Shown here one piece after another: positions 51,499-64,000 of a stretch of DNA of 64,000 nt (positions are counted from its first letter, which is position 1; the number at the start of each line of letters is the position of its first letter). The stretch is from Chrysomallon squamiferum (taxonomy: Eukaryota; Animalia; Mollusca). The DNA lies in contig CM022667.1 of NCBI GenBank assembly GCA_012295275.1, forward strand, positions 4,278,001 to 4,342,000, written 5' to 3'. The translations under genes were made by a program, and so were the position numbers. The notes below the pieces were generated by a model that made no database searches, was not told where the DNA came from, and saw only the letters and a list, made by a program, of their open reading frames with translations.

Positions 51499-54400
51499 CC
51501 ACACGCTTAAATACATTAACCGATTGTAGTAGTAGTAGCAGTAGTGTTAATACTATTAATATTACTATTACTTCTACCGTTATTATTATTATTATATTAG
51601 TAGTTGTAGTAGTAGTAGTAGTACTTTTTAGTAGTATTATTAGTATTAGTGTTAGTATTACTATTACCCTTATTATTATTGTTGTTGTTATTAATATTAT
51701 TACTACTATTTTCTTAGCTAACATCTGGTACTAAAGGTAAGAAAAAAAAAGTGAAAATATTTTATTATTAAATTTTTTTTAATATCTATAAATTTTGAAC
51801 TCTTCTCAAAGAAAACATCATAATTATTCGTCACTTTATCCGTTTGTCTTTATCAATGATTCTTACTAGATATATTCTGCACATTATACGTACACATGAT
51901 ATAAAACGGAAAAACTTGGAAAGTAATATAAGTAAAATAAATATTTTTAGTTTTTACTGAATGTTAAATCATGTATATATGTTGAAACAGAGAGAATCTG
52001 GAGTATTTCTATGTTGTATCTACTTTTTATTTTTTATGATTTATGTTTCTATTTATTTGTTTATATCTTTCTATCTATAATCTATTTATATATATATATA
52101 GATAATCTTGTCGTTCATTTTTATAATTATGCTTGTTTGTCTATTTTTTCTGCTTATATCTATTTACATAGATACACAGATTAATAGATATTCATCTATG
52201 CATATACAATATATTTATCTATCTATAGGTAGGAATATTGTAAATTTTGAATATTCATGTTTGTACAAATTTAAAAAAAAAAAAAAAAAAAAAGAATAAT
52301 AAAACATTCCATAATCCACAAGTCACCTTTATTTATTTATTCGTTTTTGTTGACACTACAGTGTTGTCCTTACGGCACAACGACGTTGATGTTGTAGTTG
52401 TTGTCAGACGCAAATGATTTGGAAAACTGGCAAATAAAGGTTTACATTTTGCGGCATAAAGCGCACTCAGAACAGATGTAATGAAGTTAACACGAAGTGG
52501 AATATAGAAGGACGATTGATTGGTTCGATGAGTAACATCGTCTACAACTGTGACCGCAACAGATGCAACGATAACAAAGAGAATTAATAAACTGTATCAC
52601 TGGACTCGGCAGCCATGTTTGATTTTTCCTTTAGTGATTTTCTAATTTCTTATTAGTATTGCTGCAATACTTCAATAATAAATTTAGTATTAATATTACT
52701 ACTACTATTACTACTGCTGCTATTACTACTACTACTACTACTACTACTATCACTACTATTAATAGTAGTTATAGTTGTGGTATTGTTTTTGATACGTTAC
52801 TCTTGTTGTTGTTTTTTTTGTGTTTTGTTATTCTTATTGTTGTTATTGTTATCTTTGATACTGTTGTTATAATTTGATAATATCCTGAATACTGCACCTG
52901 CTATAGATGATTACCACTTAAACGGTAACAATAAGATTTATTATTTCAGTCAACGTAAGTGACGTGTATACAGCGTGAACCTGACTGTACGTAACGTATC
53001 ACAAGATTTCATACTTGTCATTCTGGGTTCAAATCCCCACATCGCGTCATTGTTAATTAACTGATAAAAAAAACAACAAAAAAAAAAAAAAGAACAATCC
53101 CAATTACCTGGTTCACTCCCTCATATTTGGTAACCATTAATCATAAAACAGAGCCCAGAGTGCTTGGTTATTGCTTCATATTAAATTTTGACTAATGAAA
53201 GTAAAATCGGATGTACTTAATTCAGACCCGCCCGTTTCTTCGCAGTAATTAATTAAGAGATATAATTTTTAGAGTACTCCGAGGTTCAGGTTATTATGAA
53301 TTCCATACGTAGTGGGTTTTGCTTCATAATTAAGGTTAACTGATGTAAAAATAAAAACAACAACAACAAAGGAAAAAAGAAAGAAAAGAAACACAACAAA
53401 GAAAAAAACACCCAAAACTTCCAAAAAAACAACTTACGAAAAAAAGAAAAGATAATTACAAAATATCACTAAAAAATTACAAAAGAAACAGAACAATAAA
53501 ATAAAAAAATAAATGAATAAATAAATAAATTAAAAGAACAAACAAAACCCAGTCGCTAGTTTCTGTTTATAATTAACTGTTGAAGACGAATTTTAAAGGG
53601 ACTCTGTTCAAACCTGAACAGCACATCATATCTAGTTGTAACGGTATTCAGTTTCTGTATCATTTATTTGACGAAAAAAAAAAAATCTAGATTCCGTTCT
53701 CGCTATGACTGTATGATTAAAAATTAAGAGTTCTTAAAGTTCTCTGTTCAAATCCTTCTAACACTTCATACGTAATATTAGCAGATGTTGTAGAACAACC
53801 TTCGTGAAATTCAGTTCCCTTGTAAATGTATCATGCCTATTTGGATTCAGTTCCCTAGCAATTTGTTCCAAATTTTCAGAACATTTCTGTTTCTATATAT
53901 ATATATATATATACGCAGGCACACACGCCCAGAGGCACACGCACACATACACACACACACACACACCAAAACAATTAATAACAGATGATAAAATCCAGTA
54001 AGATCTGAGCGCAAACCCTGCTAATGATTTATACTTGATATTAAAAACAGAGATGTTTTAGTTTCGTGCTTTTTTTTTTCTTCTTCTTCTATGAAGCAAA
54101 TACTATTTTGTCAGAAAATGTAAATAAATAATCGATGGAAAATACGATCAATATTTTCTAGTGATGGCATTAAACAAATGTTTGAAATTAAATAACTGAT
54201 GATAGAAAATTAAATAATGTTTCCTATGGAAGTTAGTGGAACAGATGTTTGATATGAAATAGCTGATTAATAAATGTGTTCTAAAACAAATGTTTGACCT
54301 TCACTAGTCGATGATAAGTATTTTCTAGTGACGTCACCAAATAAATGTATGACGTTGAAAACAGTCAGTGTATTGCAAACGTTTCATCACTTATTATGTT

Positions 54401-54959
54401 TATGACATCACTAGAAGACTTCGATAATTTTCTATTTCATCATTATTTGTGTGTCATACATACTTGAAACAGTTCTGAACTAACTGTTAGTCCACTAGTT
54501 AGATAACAGGCTGAAGACAAATTTTGGCCGTTCTTTCTTTATTTTATTCTTTACTATTATTTCAATTTAATTTATTTTATTTTTTAATTATTATTAGTAT
54601 TATTTCTTTTATGAACAAATGAACAAATCCATCGCAAAAACTATAAGCAATCTATACGGTTTAAATAAATAATAAATTTAATAAAATTTGTAATATAAAA
54701 AAACACAAATTAAACTAAATCGAGATAAAGGTATACTATTACATGCATCTGTGCTACAGTTGTATAGATTTCTAGTAAATGATCATTTGTATTATTCTGG
54801 GGACCCCGCAAATCTAAACTGTGGCAGGATGAAACTTCAGTTGTTGTTATTTTGTTGCTGTTGTTGTTGTTGTATGTTTGTCTGGTGAAACTATCTGTGC
54901 TTGTATGTGTGTTTGTACGTATGTGCATGTATGTTTGTGTATGTTTGTGTGTTTATGAT

Positions 54960-55226
54960 ATATATACCAGAATACGTCAGTTATATATCAGTGAGATATA
55001 CAAAGTGTACGTCATTATACAAAATATACATTAGTTGTATATATAAGTGAGACATCTAAAGCATACATCAGTTATATATCACTGAGATACAAAAAGTATA
55101 CTTCAGTTAAATATCAGTAAAATATACTAAATATATATAACTGAGACATCTAAAGTGTACGTCAGTTATGTCTCGGTGAGATATACAAAGTTTACGTAAG
55201 TTATATATCAGTGAGATATCTAAAGT
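54960..55226. repeat. Degenerate ~35-bp minisatellite (tacgtcagttatatatcagtgagatatacaaag)
   Basis: Six to seven diverged units visible. Confidence 0.8.
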
Positions 55227-57457
55227 TTCGAAGATTCTCCTCCTCAAGCACATTTTTCTGGACGAGCTCACAGTCATTATACACTGATCTTGTTTCTAAA
55301 ACATGCTGAACAAAGTCGCTGCACGTTTCACACAGCGAGTAAAATATCACCACCGTAGCGTCGTGCTTTCTCAAAACATCGGAATGAAGTCTGACGATAT
55401 GAATTTACGATCGCAGTCTAGACTCGTTAATAATTTGAGCATGTTAATATTTTTATTTAAGAGGAAAAACGAAGGAAGACGTTCGAAGAATTTCTCTGCT
55501 GCGTTGCTGCGCACGAGCAGGATTACGCAAGTATTAGTAATTTATCCCTCAGTTTTATCTCTCCGTTCTCAGTGACCGCAGGTTTTTATGTTCATGAAGT
55601 GCTGGGAGCAAGAATACTGAAAAATGGTTGTTTGTATAAGAGTATGTAGATTTTTGACAGTTGTTTGTATCAGAGTAAAAAAAGGAGCAGGAGGATTCTT
55701 AGTGGAAAAACGTACTAAAACAAAAAAAAAAAAAAAAAAACAAAATGAAACATTAAAACCTCCGACAAAAAAACAAACTATTTTTATTTTTTTTATTTTT
55801 TTTATAAAAAAAACATAGGACAATCAGTTCAAAATTTATCTGCCTTTTTATTATTATTTTTAAATTAACTGGTTATATTTGCATATACTAAAAAAAAATA
55901 TTTTAGTAGAGACTAATTTTTATTAGAGACTAAGTTATATTAGTGTTAGTATGTTTAAAGCGTTAGACAAGGGAGAGATGATATTACCAGACATATCTAA
56001 CATTATACACGTAGAATGAATACTGGTGAAAATGAATTGAAAAAAAAAAAAAAAAAAATCCTGACTACAGCTGTCAAAACTTACTGGACACTTTCTTTTT
56101 TATTATTTGTGTGAGGGATTCTAAACTATTCACTTAAATTAAGATAAATGAAGGAGTTTTAAGTTATTTATTTCCTTTGCTCCTTTTTTCTTCTTCATTT
56201 TTATTTTAGTCTTTTATTTATTTTATTTAATTTTTAAAAGTTTATTATGTGATAAAAAAAAAAAAATTAATTAAAAAAAAAAAAATCATTTTTTATTATA
56301 ATTTTTATTTTCACCAATGTGTTATTTCAGCTGGCTTCTATCACTAACCAAATGAAAAGAAAATCACTGCCAGTATGAAAGAAAATTATATTAAATTATG
56401 TCTTTTATTTGCCAAATTATCACACGTGTTTCGCTCTATAGTTCCCGTGATAACCAACTTGTTGAGTTGTTAACCAAGTCAGTTTTTTTGGAAGTTAACT
56501 TTAAAACATTTGATTGCAAGTCGTTTTTGATATCGCTCTTTTCAGCTTGTCATTAGTAAATAATTAATTCTCAGTTTTGAAAACAGCACGTGATTTCACG
56601 ATGTTTAGAGTGACTTCACAATGCACACAAAACTGCAGCAACAGTGATGTTACAATCTTTCCAACATCGTTGACAGTGACTTTATAACATACAGCTACAT
56701 CAACAACAAAAGTGAGCGACTACAACAACTTTATCAATGAATTTACAAAAGAACTACAACAATTTGGACAACGCTGAGTAACTTTACAGCACAACAACCA
56801 CAACGACATTACAACACACACGCGACAGCACTGGCAGGTACTTTAACGACATACACAGCTTCGACAACATAATTATAAAACTGTAACATTATACAAAGAA
56901 TAAGCAAGCAGCGTTGTTATTTTGCATTGTAAAAAATGACAATCAGTTAGAGTTATTCGCCCTCTAGGGACAGATAGAGTTACCTGCCCTGATTGTTTCT
57001 GTTTCGCTTGTCTTCTGCGACTGTTTCTCAGAGATAAACATCTGTAATAAAGCACGGTGTTAATGAGAAATCTATAAGTGCAGGACGTACGGTATTGTTT
57101 GCTTCTTTTCTTTTTACACGAGGCAGCATAAAGATTTTGACAGCCATGTTGTTTTAGTGTTTCCTATCGTACTGGTATCGGAGAATGTAAAAAAAGTACT
57201 TCAGTAATCGTTACAACTGAAAAGGAAAAAAAAGCCGCATTTATGTGTTTATTTACTATTTTTATAGGAAGTTTATAGAAGGACGTATTTCTGGAGATGT
57301 TAAGTTTCTTCGCTCTGCGTTTTATACCTAAAATGTCAGAAGGTGGCCATTTTTCATTAAGAAATTTATGCAGCTATTGAATCGATTGTGGCTGTTTTGA
57401 TTATTTATTAAGTAAATGAAATTAATAAATTAATAATTAAATAACAAATAAATAAAG

Positions 57458-57540
<83 letters not shown>

Positions 57541-57541
57541 A

Positions 57542-57599
<58 letters not shown>
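57458..57599. repeat. Compound self-complementary microsatellite (TC)n(TG)n..(AC)n(AG)n
   Basis: Read directly; the arms are reverse complements of unequal length. Confidence 0.95.
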
Positions 57600-57601
<2 letters not shown>

Positions 57602-58089
57602 GCCCACTGAAAAGAAACGACAACCAAACAACAGAGAACAATCAGCCATTATCTGTATCCCTCCATGTTAATACATTAGATTCTTCCTATTTAATCAAAG
57701 AACTGTTAGACTCGTGACCATGCCACCCCCCCTCCTTCCCTCTGGTGGGTACTTTTCATCAGGGTTTACATCTGTCACATACCTGTTAATGTCAGCATGA
57801 CTGTAAGCTCTAAGAGTAACAACAAAAAAATGGTTACCAGATGCTGAGGTATTTTTGACAGCCGAGAAATAATGCAAATAGTGTTAACTGATGAAGTTTC
57901 TTTCTTCGGCTTATTTTCAATTAACTGCCAAGATCTATTTAAAACATATCTTTCATTTTCATATTTTTTTATTTTTTTTTTTTTTTTGGACTGACTGGTT
58001 TGAAAGTTGTTTGTAACAAGATGATAGAAGGGATATTAGTCATTATCACTGGCTTAAACGTTCAGTGGTTGTTTTTGTATGTACCTGTG

Positions 58090-58143
<54 letters not shown>

Positions 58144-58328
58144 TTCAACACACACGTGTGTGTGTATGTATGTGTGTATAAATGACTTAAACACTGTGTC
58201 GTCCTCATTGTATATGTCTTTGTAAGTCCATATCTGTGTATGTGTGTACACGTACCTATGTATATCGGCATTCGTATCAGCTTCTTTATAATTAATATCA
58301 CCACAGCATCATTGTCATCATCAGTCTT

Positions 58329-58359
<31 letters not shown>

Positions 58360-58521
58360 TTATTATTATTATTATTATTAGGTCATTTCATGTCAGATCA
58401 CAGACTCCCCACCCCCAAAAAAAAAAAAACAAAAAAAATTCCATCTCGCTATCTTCGATTTTAGTGACTGAACTAATATTTGAGATTTGATGCCATTCAT
58501 CATCATGTTCTTCTTCTTCTT

Positions 58522-58622
<101 letters not shown>

Positions 58623-59093
58623 TGTTATTGTTATCATTATAATTATTGTTCTTGTTATTATTATTAATTCGTTTATTTTAAAGTTAGACAGTCCAATTTC
58701 CTTTTCAGAAATTCAGAAATATAATAAACAAAACAGTTATTTACAAAATTCATCATGCCACCATATTTTGCCTTTTCCAACAATAAAACAAACTTGTGCA
58801 GTGATAAGGTAAATAACAAACAGGAAAAAGTTTTAAAAATGTGGATATCAGTGAACACGTGTGTGTTCAACATGCAGCGCGTTGCGAGAAATGAATGTAT
58901 GGTATTTTAAACAGAGGTGCAGTTATTCATAATGTTTTTGTAATAGGAGTTTGTTTTTACCATATTAAATTAAACAGTTTCTATTTACTGTATCCATGCA
59001 TACATACCTGCATAAATACATACATACATACATACATGTATACATACGTACATACATATACATGTATGTATATGTGTGTGTGTATATAATGTG

Positions 59094-59129
<36 letters not shown>

Positions 59130-59454
59130 TATACACATACACACACGTGTGTGTATATAATTAATTGTATATAATGTGAAGAAGAACAAGAAGATCATTC
59201 AAAGACATTATAATGAAAAAAAAAGGTAAGTGATTGAATAGTGATGTAAAAACACTGGAAAACGCGTCCCATTCACATAAACGTAGCCATAGTCAGGGTT
59301 TGTACCGAAATAAATTTTTTTTAAAAAGTCCCTCAGAGAATCACGTTCATCATGATGTTCTGTAATCCTTCACAGGTGAGGTCACAAAACCATCAGCAAC
59401 TAACGACACCGTAGGTAATGCAAAAATACGAAGAATGGCGTCTTATTAGTCCAA

Positions 59455-59670
59455 AAACACTAAACATGACGTCAGGTTAGTACTATATTACTAAGCATGA
59501 CGTCAGATCAATGCAGTATTACTAAAAATGACGTCAGATCAACGCAGTAATACTAAGAATGAATTCAGATCAATGCAGTAATACTAAGAAAGACATCAAT
59601 GCAATAATACTAAGAATGACGTTAGATCAATGCAATAATCCTAAGAATGACGTCAGATCAATGCAATAAT
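59455..59670. repeat. 31-bp minisatellite containing TGACGTCA palindromes
   Basis: About seven units of tactaagaaTGACGTCAgatcaatgcagtaa. Confidence 0.9.
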
Positions 59671-60880
59671 GCCAGTGGGAGGTTACAGGCAGGGACAAAG
59701 CACAAGCTGTAGCAAGACTCTTTTGCATCTCCAGTCAGACCAGCTTTGTATGATGGGTATGGTACAACGACACTCAGTGTTAAAGCCTAGGTCATTTCGT
59801 CTCTTGTCTCTCTACACGTGTGTGTCTGAATGTTTCTGCTGTTACATATACACATATATATATACACACACACACACACACATACAGTCACTCAAAAGCG
59901 CGCGCCTACGTACACAAAAAAGAATAACAATTATTCTGATCACAACCACACACACAAATTCAAAAACAACCATCACCCTCGTATTATAAAAACGTTTTCT
60001 AGACAGATAGATTGATAGATAAATACAGACAGATAGATAGACACATAAATAGATATAGATAGATAGATACATACATACATACATATAAACACTTTTACTA
60101 TGTCAGTATATAGAAAGAATTGAGATGTATCACAATGGGTGTTCTGTAGTGTTTGCATCATATCTCTTCTTGTCTGACGTAAATGATTCATGATTGCTGA
60201 TAAGTTAACCGTTTTACAGAATTAAAAAAGCAAAAGTAAAATAAAAATTTAAAAATTCAAAAAAAAGGTAAGTTAAAAAAAACTAAAAATGGAGAGGAAA
60301 GAAATTCTTGAAAGCATGCAACAGCATTTATGAGAAGCGAAAGAAGAAAAACTGAGAAACTAAAATCCATTTATTATTAATATTACAATTAATGTTCCTA
60401 CTACTGCTGTTAAAACTACCACTACTGTTAGTGTTCTTACACTCTCTAATAATCAATCAACCAATGAATCAATAATTAAAAAAATCTACTGATATTATTA
60501 GACTTATTTTCATTCATGAACACTTATTTTTATATTTTTATATTTTCTGTCATTAATTTTTATTTTGCAGTTTTTTTTTTTTTTTTTTTGTTGTTGTTGT
60601 CTTTTTTGTTGTTGTTGTTTCCTTTTCCAAATTACTTGAAAATTATCCATAAAGCAGATCTCTGCTCTGTTTTCAAAGTGATTGGCTTTTCCGTACAAAT
60701 GCTTTCAATTCATTACAAACACGTCAAAAGAAAGTTATTATTAATTCAAGTCGAAGAAAAATCATTTACTGAGCAACTCGGATAGGAGCAGTGGAAAAAA
60801 AAAATAGATGGATTTGTTTATTTTGTAAGTTAAGCGAATTGCAACCAAATATTTCGCACTGTAAATAACAGCTCGTGTTT

Positions 60881-60938
<58 letters not shown>

Positions 60939-62394
60939 GTAGTTGTAGTAGAAATGATAATAAATTTAAAAAATAAATATAGTAAATAAATAAGTAGTAG
61001 TAGTAGTAGTAGTTGTAGTAAAAGAGCAGTAGCAGTATCAGTAATAATAATAAAAATGATGATGATGATGATGATGATTGTGATAATAATAAAGTATAAA
61101 AGTAAATGTATGAAAACCTATCGCCCGTTTCAGCAAAGGCTATTTCTGATTGGAAAGGAAAATAAAAATACAAACAAAGTTAATTGATTCAAAAATGAAA
61201 TTAAAGGCAAATAATTTGGTTTCGGCAATTTTGACTTAAAAAACATTATTTCATTGAGGCTGGTAATGAAAATATGACGAATAATAATTTTAAAAATCCT
61301 ATTACGTGACAAAATAAAATATTAACTTTAAAATTCACGTTTCTAAATGCAAATGAACATACTATTATCGTATTTACTGACGTATAACTCAATTTCCCTT
61401 TTTGTTTTCTTTCTTTTTTCTTGAAACCTTGTTTATTTTTATTTTATTTATTATTATTATTATTATTAATAATAATAATAATAATAATTTTTTTTTTTTT
61501 TTTTAGCACCTAAAAATTTGGATGCGATTGTTTCACGTGGCTTACAAATCGTTAATTTATCTTGGCTTATGTGATTTGGGTACGTGTGCGAGCGCTTCTG
61601 CATTGTATGTGCGTGTGTGTGTGTGTGCGTGTGTGCGTGTGAGCGCGCGCTTGTATTTTAAGATAAATAATAATGATTATTTGTGAATAACTACGTTAAC
61701 TTTTTATAATCATTACTCAGTAAAAGAATGACTGGTTATTTTACCAAAGACTACTCGCGGTGTCACCAGTAAGTTGAAAAGTTGCTCGTCATTCACTGTT
61801 AAATAAATTTAATACGTATTATCAAGACGTACGTTATTATGACTTATGCATGAGTAAATACGGTATTATGTAAATAGATTATTTTTTTCAACCAGCATTT
61901 TTTTTTTTTTTTTTATTATATACTTCAAGTGAAATTAAGTTAAAACTTCAGTTTAAATCAATAATTATTGTCATTTTTAAAAAAAAATGTCTTTACAATA
62001 AATCGCACGTATTGAAACTTTTATGGAAATTATGTAGTTTATCACGGCTGACAATAAATCATTTATTTTATAAATCGATTGTCACAGTTTCTTGCAGTCA
62101 CGGGTTCGAAACGACTTCGAGGTTTGTTAAATTTATTAAATATCGACGGTCACTGAGTTTCAAACTGAGTTGAAGAAACTTTTCAAAATAAATACTGTTA
62201 ATGAGAAATAATAACTTGGAATTACACTTTTTTTGTTGTTTTTTAATTCAGAAGAATTTTACGTTAATGGTTGTTTTTGCGTTCTGTTGAGTTGAGGTTT
62301 GGTTCACGTGTACTGACAGGGAGAAGAGAAATGATGTTATTGTATTTTATTTTGATTTATTTGCTCCGATGTTTAATTAGTTTTCACAGATTGT

Positions 62395-62605
62395 TGTGTC
62401 TCGAGTTATTTTGTTCTTATTCGAGTTAATTTGTTCTAACCCGAGTTACATTGTACTGCCTTGAGTTACTTTTTTTTTGTTGTTACGTTGTTCGTACTCG
62501 CGTTATTTTGTTCTTATAAGTGTTGTTTTTGTTTTAACTCGAATTACATTGTAATGTCTCGACGTAATTTGTTATAACGAGTTATTTTGTTCTGATTCAA
62601 GTTAT
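62395..62605. repeat. Degenerate 20-bp tandem repeat (tcgagttattttgttcttat)
   Basis: gagtta recurs at 20-bp spacing (62403, 62423, 62443, 62463) and again at about 62540-62603. Confidence 0.75.
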
Positions 62606-62764
62606 AATTTTAGATGTCTATTTCTACATATGTGAAACAAATTAAAGGTTTATTTATCTTTCTCTGAGTCTGTATTTCTGTCAAACTGAAATATTTTTAA
62701 CTTCATTCTCTCTACGTCTACACAGATTTTATATCTCACTAACTCGTTATCTTTTTGTAATAAT

Positions 62765-62885
<121 letters not shown>

Positions 62886-64000
62886 CTTTAAATAAATAAG
62901 AATGTTAAATAAATAAGAATGTTAAATAAATACCACAAAAACAAAATACCTCCCAAAGACGAATTTCTCCAAAACAAATAACCCAGACAATCAAATACAC
63001 TGGCAGATTAATTTAGAGACATCGTGTAAAAATCCTTAAATCTCCTTACCGAGAGAGCCTAAAAGGAATCCAATTAAATACTCAATTCTAGGTTTTGCCA
63101 ATGAAAAATTGCCAGAGATGAAAACCTTCAAAGTACAGAGGAAGAGTGAACGGTTTCATTCACCGACGGAATTTTTGTCTGAGTGGTAGACTAAAGGTTT
63201 TTGTACGAGTGTTTTCAGATTCATGTACGTCTTCTTGACATCATTTCTACTAAGAGTATTTTTTTTTTCTTTACCCATTCATGAATATTAATTTTATTTA
63301 CACAGAAAAAAAAAAGAGAAAAAATTAATATTAAATGTCAGACTTACTTTATTGAAAATTTTTATTATTTAAATGCTATTTGTATCTGTATATGTATGTA
63401 TATATATATATATGTATGTATTGTTACGATTGGATAATAAATATATGGAGAGAGACAGAGAGAGAGACACAGCGAGAGAGAGAGATTGAGAGAGATTGAA
63501 AAACTGACCTACATAAACAGTCTGACATGTATACATTGACCGAGTTATAGGTAAATACATGGGTAGATGGTTAGTTGGGTAAATACTATTTGTAGACAAT
63601 AATGACAACGATGATGATGATAATAATAATAAGTATAAATGTGTAACTATTCTCAGTAGGTGGTTAGAAGATGAGTCAATGATAGAAATCTACCAAGAAG
63701 AAATTATTAACGTATCTCTGATTTAGCTGTTTGTTTATGTGCACGTTACTCCAACCCACGGGAATCTTCGTACACGGGCAATGGGAAAAAAAAACAAAAC
63801 AATAAAAAACGTTTTCTCTACTCTTATTGAGCAGGTGTGCTTTTGCGTGCGGGCGTGCGCGCGCGTTTGTATGTGTGTGTGTGCGTGTGTGTATGTATGT
63901 ATATATATATAAATATATAGTTTATATGTTTTAAGTGTATGTTAAATGATTTCACATTACTGTAGTTCAGACTGTACTGGAGGGGTTGATGGAGTTTCAG

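Noticed and set aside
52340-52620. Higher-complexity patch as a coding exon (also 56580-56870)
   Set aside because: Stops in the frames examined, no convincing splice pair or protein motif.

Overview
AT-rich, microsatellite-dense animal genomic DNA with GT-AG introns. The gene types and repeats look mollusc-like, but the taxon cannot be fixed from sequence alone. Four parts. (1) 1-6507: a tandem array of short type II membrane-protein genes with a CxxC...CC stalk, resembling the N-terminal part of invertebrate TNF-family ligands but with no TNF homology domain visible. The array has a repeated conserved CCAAT/Ets/TATA promoter, and one intron holds a 3.8 kb 19-bp minisatellite. (2) After a 200-N gap, about 6.7-27.8 kb: a tandemly duplicated locus carrying four vwkA-type von Willebrand factor A (vWA) domains built entirely from phase-1 exons. 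The 51-nt exon encoding the MIDAS strand (LDLAIVMDCTG) has been repeatedly duplicated with its intron flanks. Some copies were rewritten into linker exons, one decayed, and one was excised by an 8-bp microhomology deletion. (3) 28329-29408 (-): an intact single-coding-exon FMRFamide-receptor-like class A GPCR. (4) 29.5-64 kb: non-coding DNA with Tigger-like MITE ends, a foldback-like element, minisatellites (one with phased CRE sites) and a candidate distal GPCR promoter/first exon. Nearly all other listed ORFs are simple-repeat artefacts. All alignments were done by eye; no database search was run.
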